This document shows, one piece after another, positions 63,494 through 64,000 of a stretch of 64,000 nt of DNA (position 1 is its first letter; every line of letters begins with the position of its first letter). The notes under the pieces are model-generated. The model ran no database searches. It saw only the letters and a list, made by a program, of their open reading frames with translations, and had not been told where the DNA came from. Made by a program: the position numbers and the translations under genes. The stretch is from a bacterium. GTDB lineage: Bacteria > Patescibacteriota > Minisyncoccia > Phycocordibacterales > CAIZLB01. The stretch lies in assembly GCA_031411135.1 (NCBI GenBank), contig JANOAN010000003.1, forward strand, positions 10,614 through 74,613, read 5' to 3'.

Positions 63494-63511
63494 TACCCCC
63501 TAGGGGGTATA
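63494..63511. promoter_or_regulatory. candidate CsoR operator (perfect 18-bp palindrome)
   Basis: ATACCCCCTAGGGGGTAT lies 12 nt upstream of the csoR ATG. G/C-tract inverted repeats of this form are typical CsoR operators. Confidence 0.7.
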
Positions 63512-63700
63512 TGTCAATATTTAAGTATTGAAGTGTTTGTATAGAAACCAATAAAAGCTTTACACTAAATTTACACCCTCTCCATATAATTCACCACATC
63601 AAGCAGAAAGTAATTCGTCATTACATTCGTACTTGCGCCATTAAGTAAGAATACGATGGTGATTATAAAATTAATAATTTGATCATTAAATAAATTACGT

Positions 63701-64000
63701 ATGTTAAAAAATAAAGCAACATCTCTTACTGTCGGTGCAATGGCTCTAGCGGGTCTGGTTGCGGGTTTCGCTACTATGGCAGGTGCACAAAGCACAGCAA
63801 CAACTGCTCCTGCTACTAGCACAACCGTTACAGCAACCCAAACAGTCGATACTCCAGAAAAGGGAGATACTCCTGATGCTACAGGTACAGAGACTCGTAA
63901 ACATGCTCCCTTGGGAGGTGATGGTGTAGTTTCCAGCATCAACGGTACAACTATCGTCGTAGGTGAAGAATCTGACGAAGGCGGAGCGTCATACACAGTA
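63701..64000 (+). CDS. secreted T/A-rich protein, partial (runs off the right window edge)
   Basis: My translation from ATG 63701 gives MLKNKATSLTVGAMALAGLVAGFATMAGAQS, a signal peptide, and stays open to the window end. I prefer it over the antisense track ORF 63571..63996. Confidence 0.55.
   Translation, partial: MLKNKATSLTVGAMALAGLVAGFATMAGAQSTATTAPATSTTVTATQTVDTPEKGDTPDATGTETRKHAPLGGDGVVSSINGTTIVVGEESDEGGASYTV

Noticed and set aside
63571-63996. Track ORF of 141 aa on the minus strand.
   Set aside because: The plus strand carries a better ORF from 63701, with a clear signal peptide, running to the window end. The minus ORF is its T/S/P/V-rich antisense shadow.
1-64000. CRISPR arrays, rRNA genes, IS elements with terminal inverted repeats.
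   Set aside because: I found no regularly spaced direct repeats, no rRNA-like conserved stretches and no transposase ORFs in the window.

Overview
This is a 64 kb AT-rich bacterial window. The gene content looks like a reduced-genome, Patescibacteria/CPR-like organism; that is an inference from content, with no marker gene to confirm it. Evidence for it: archaeal-type UMP kinase and cupin phosphoglucose isomerase, a GH57/GlgA/alpha-glucan phosphorylase cluster, PilMNO, many SD-poor leaders, and small orphan genes. Recognisable core genes are two paralogous sensor kinases, plsC-like, folD, a coaD-HD fusion plus coaE, a heterodimeric ABC exporter, a DEAD-box helicase, rplS, ruvX, an RluA-type pseudouridine synthase, an ECF sigma/anti-sigma pair, a RelB/RelE-type TA pair, a csoR-copA copper operon, and 7 tRNAs. 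GC-rich orphan genes, each with its own promoter and strong terminator, are interspersed among them.

The strongest finding is a minus-strand, GC-rich operon at about 28.5-30.5 kb. Three complete type III hammerhead ribozyme motifs sit immediately upstream of three orphan ORFs. All three have the CUGANGA and GAAA cores and a GUC cleavage site, and stems I and II covary between copies. A roughly 340 nt ORF-free structured RNA region precedes the first ribozyme.

Second is a tRNA-Arg-adjacent island at about 48.8-58.1 kb. It carries two tandem large serine recombinases, a KAP-family P-loop NTPase, a two-methyltransferase R-M-like cassette, and a family of shuffled intergenic repeat modules. One module forms a leader with three mutually exclusive 11-nt pairing elements.

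Third is an array of att-like repeats derived from the 3' end of tRNA-Ser. They delimit three small cargo modules, and no integrase lies within the array. No rRNA and no CRISPR array were seen.
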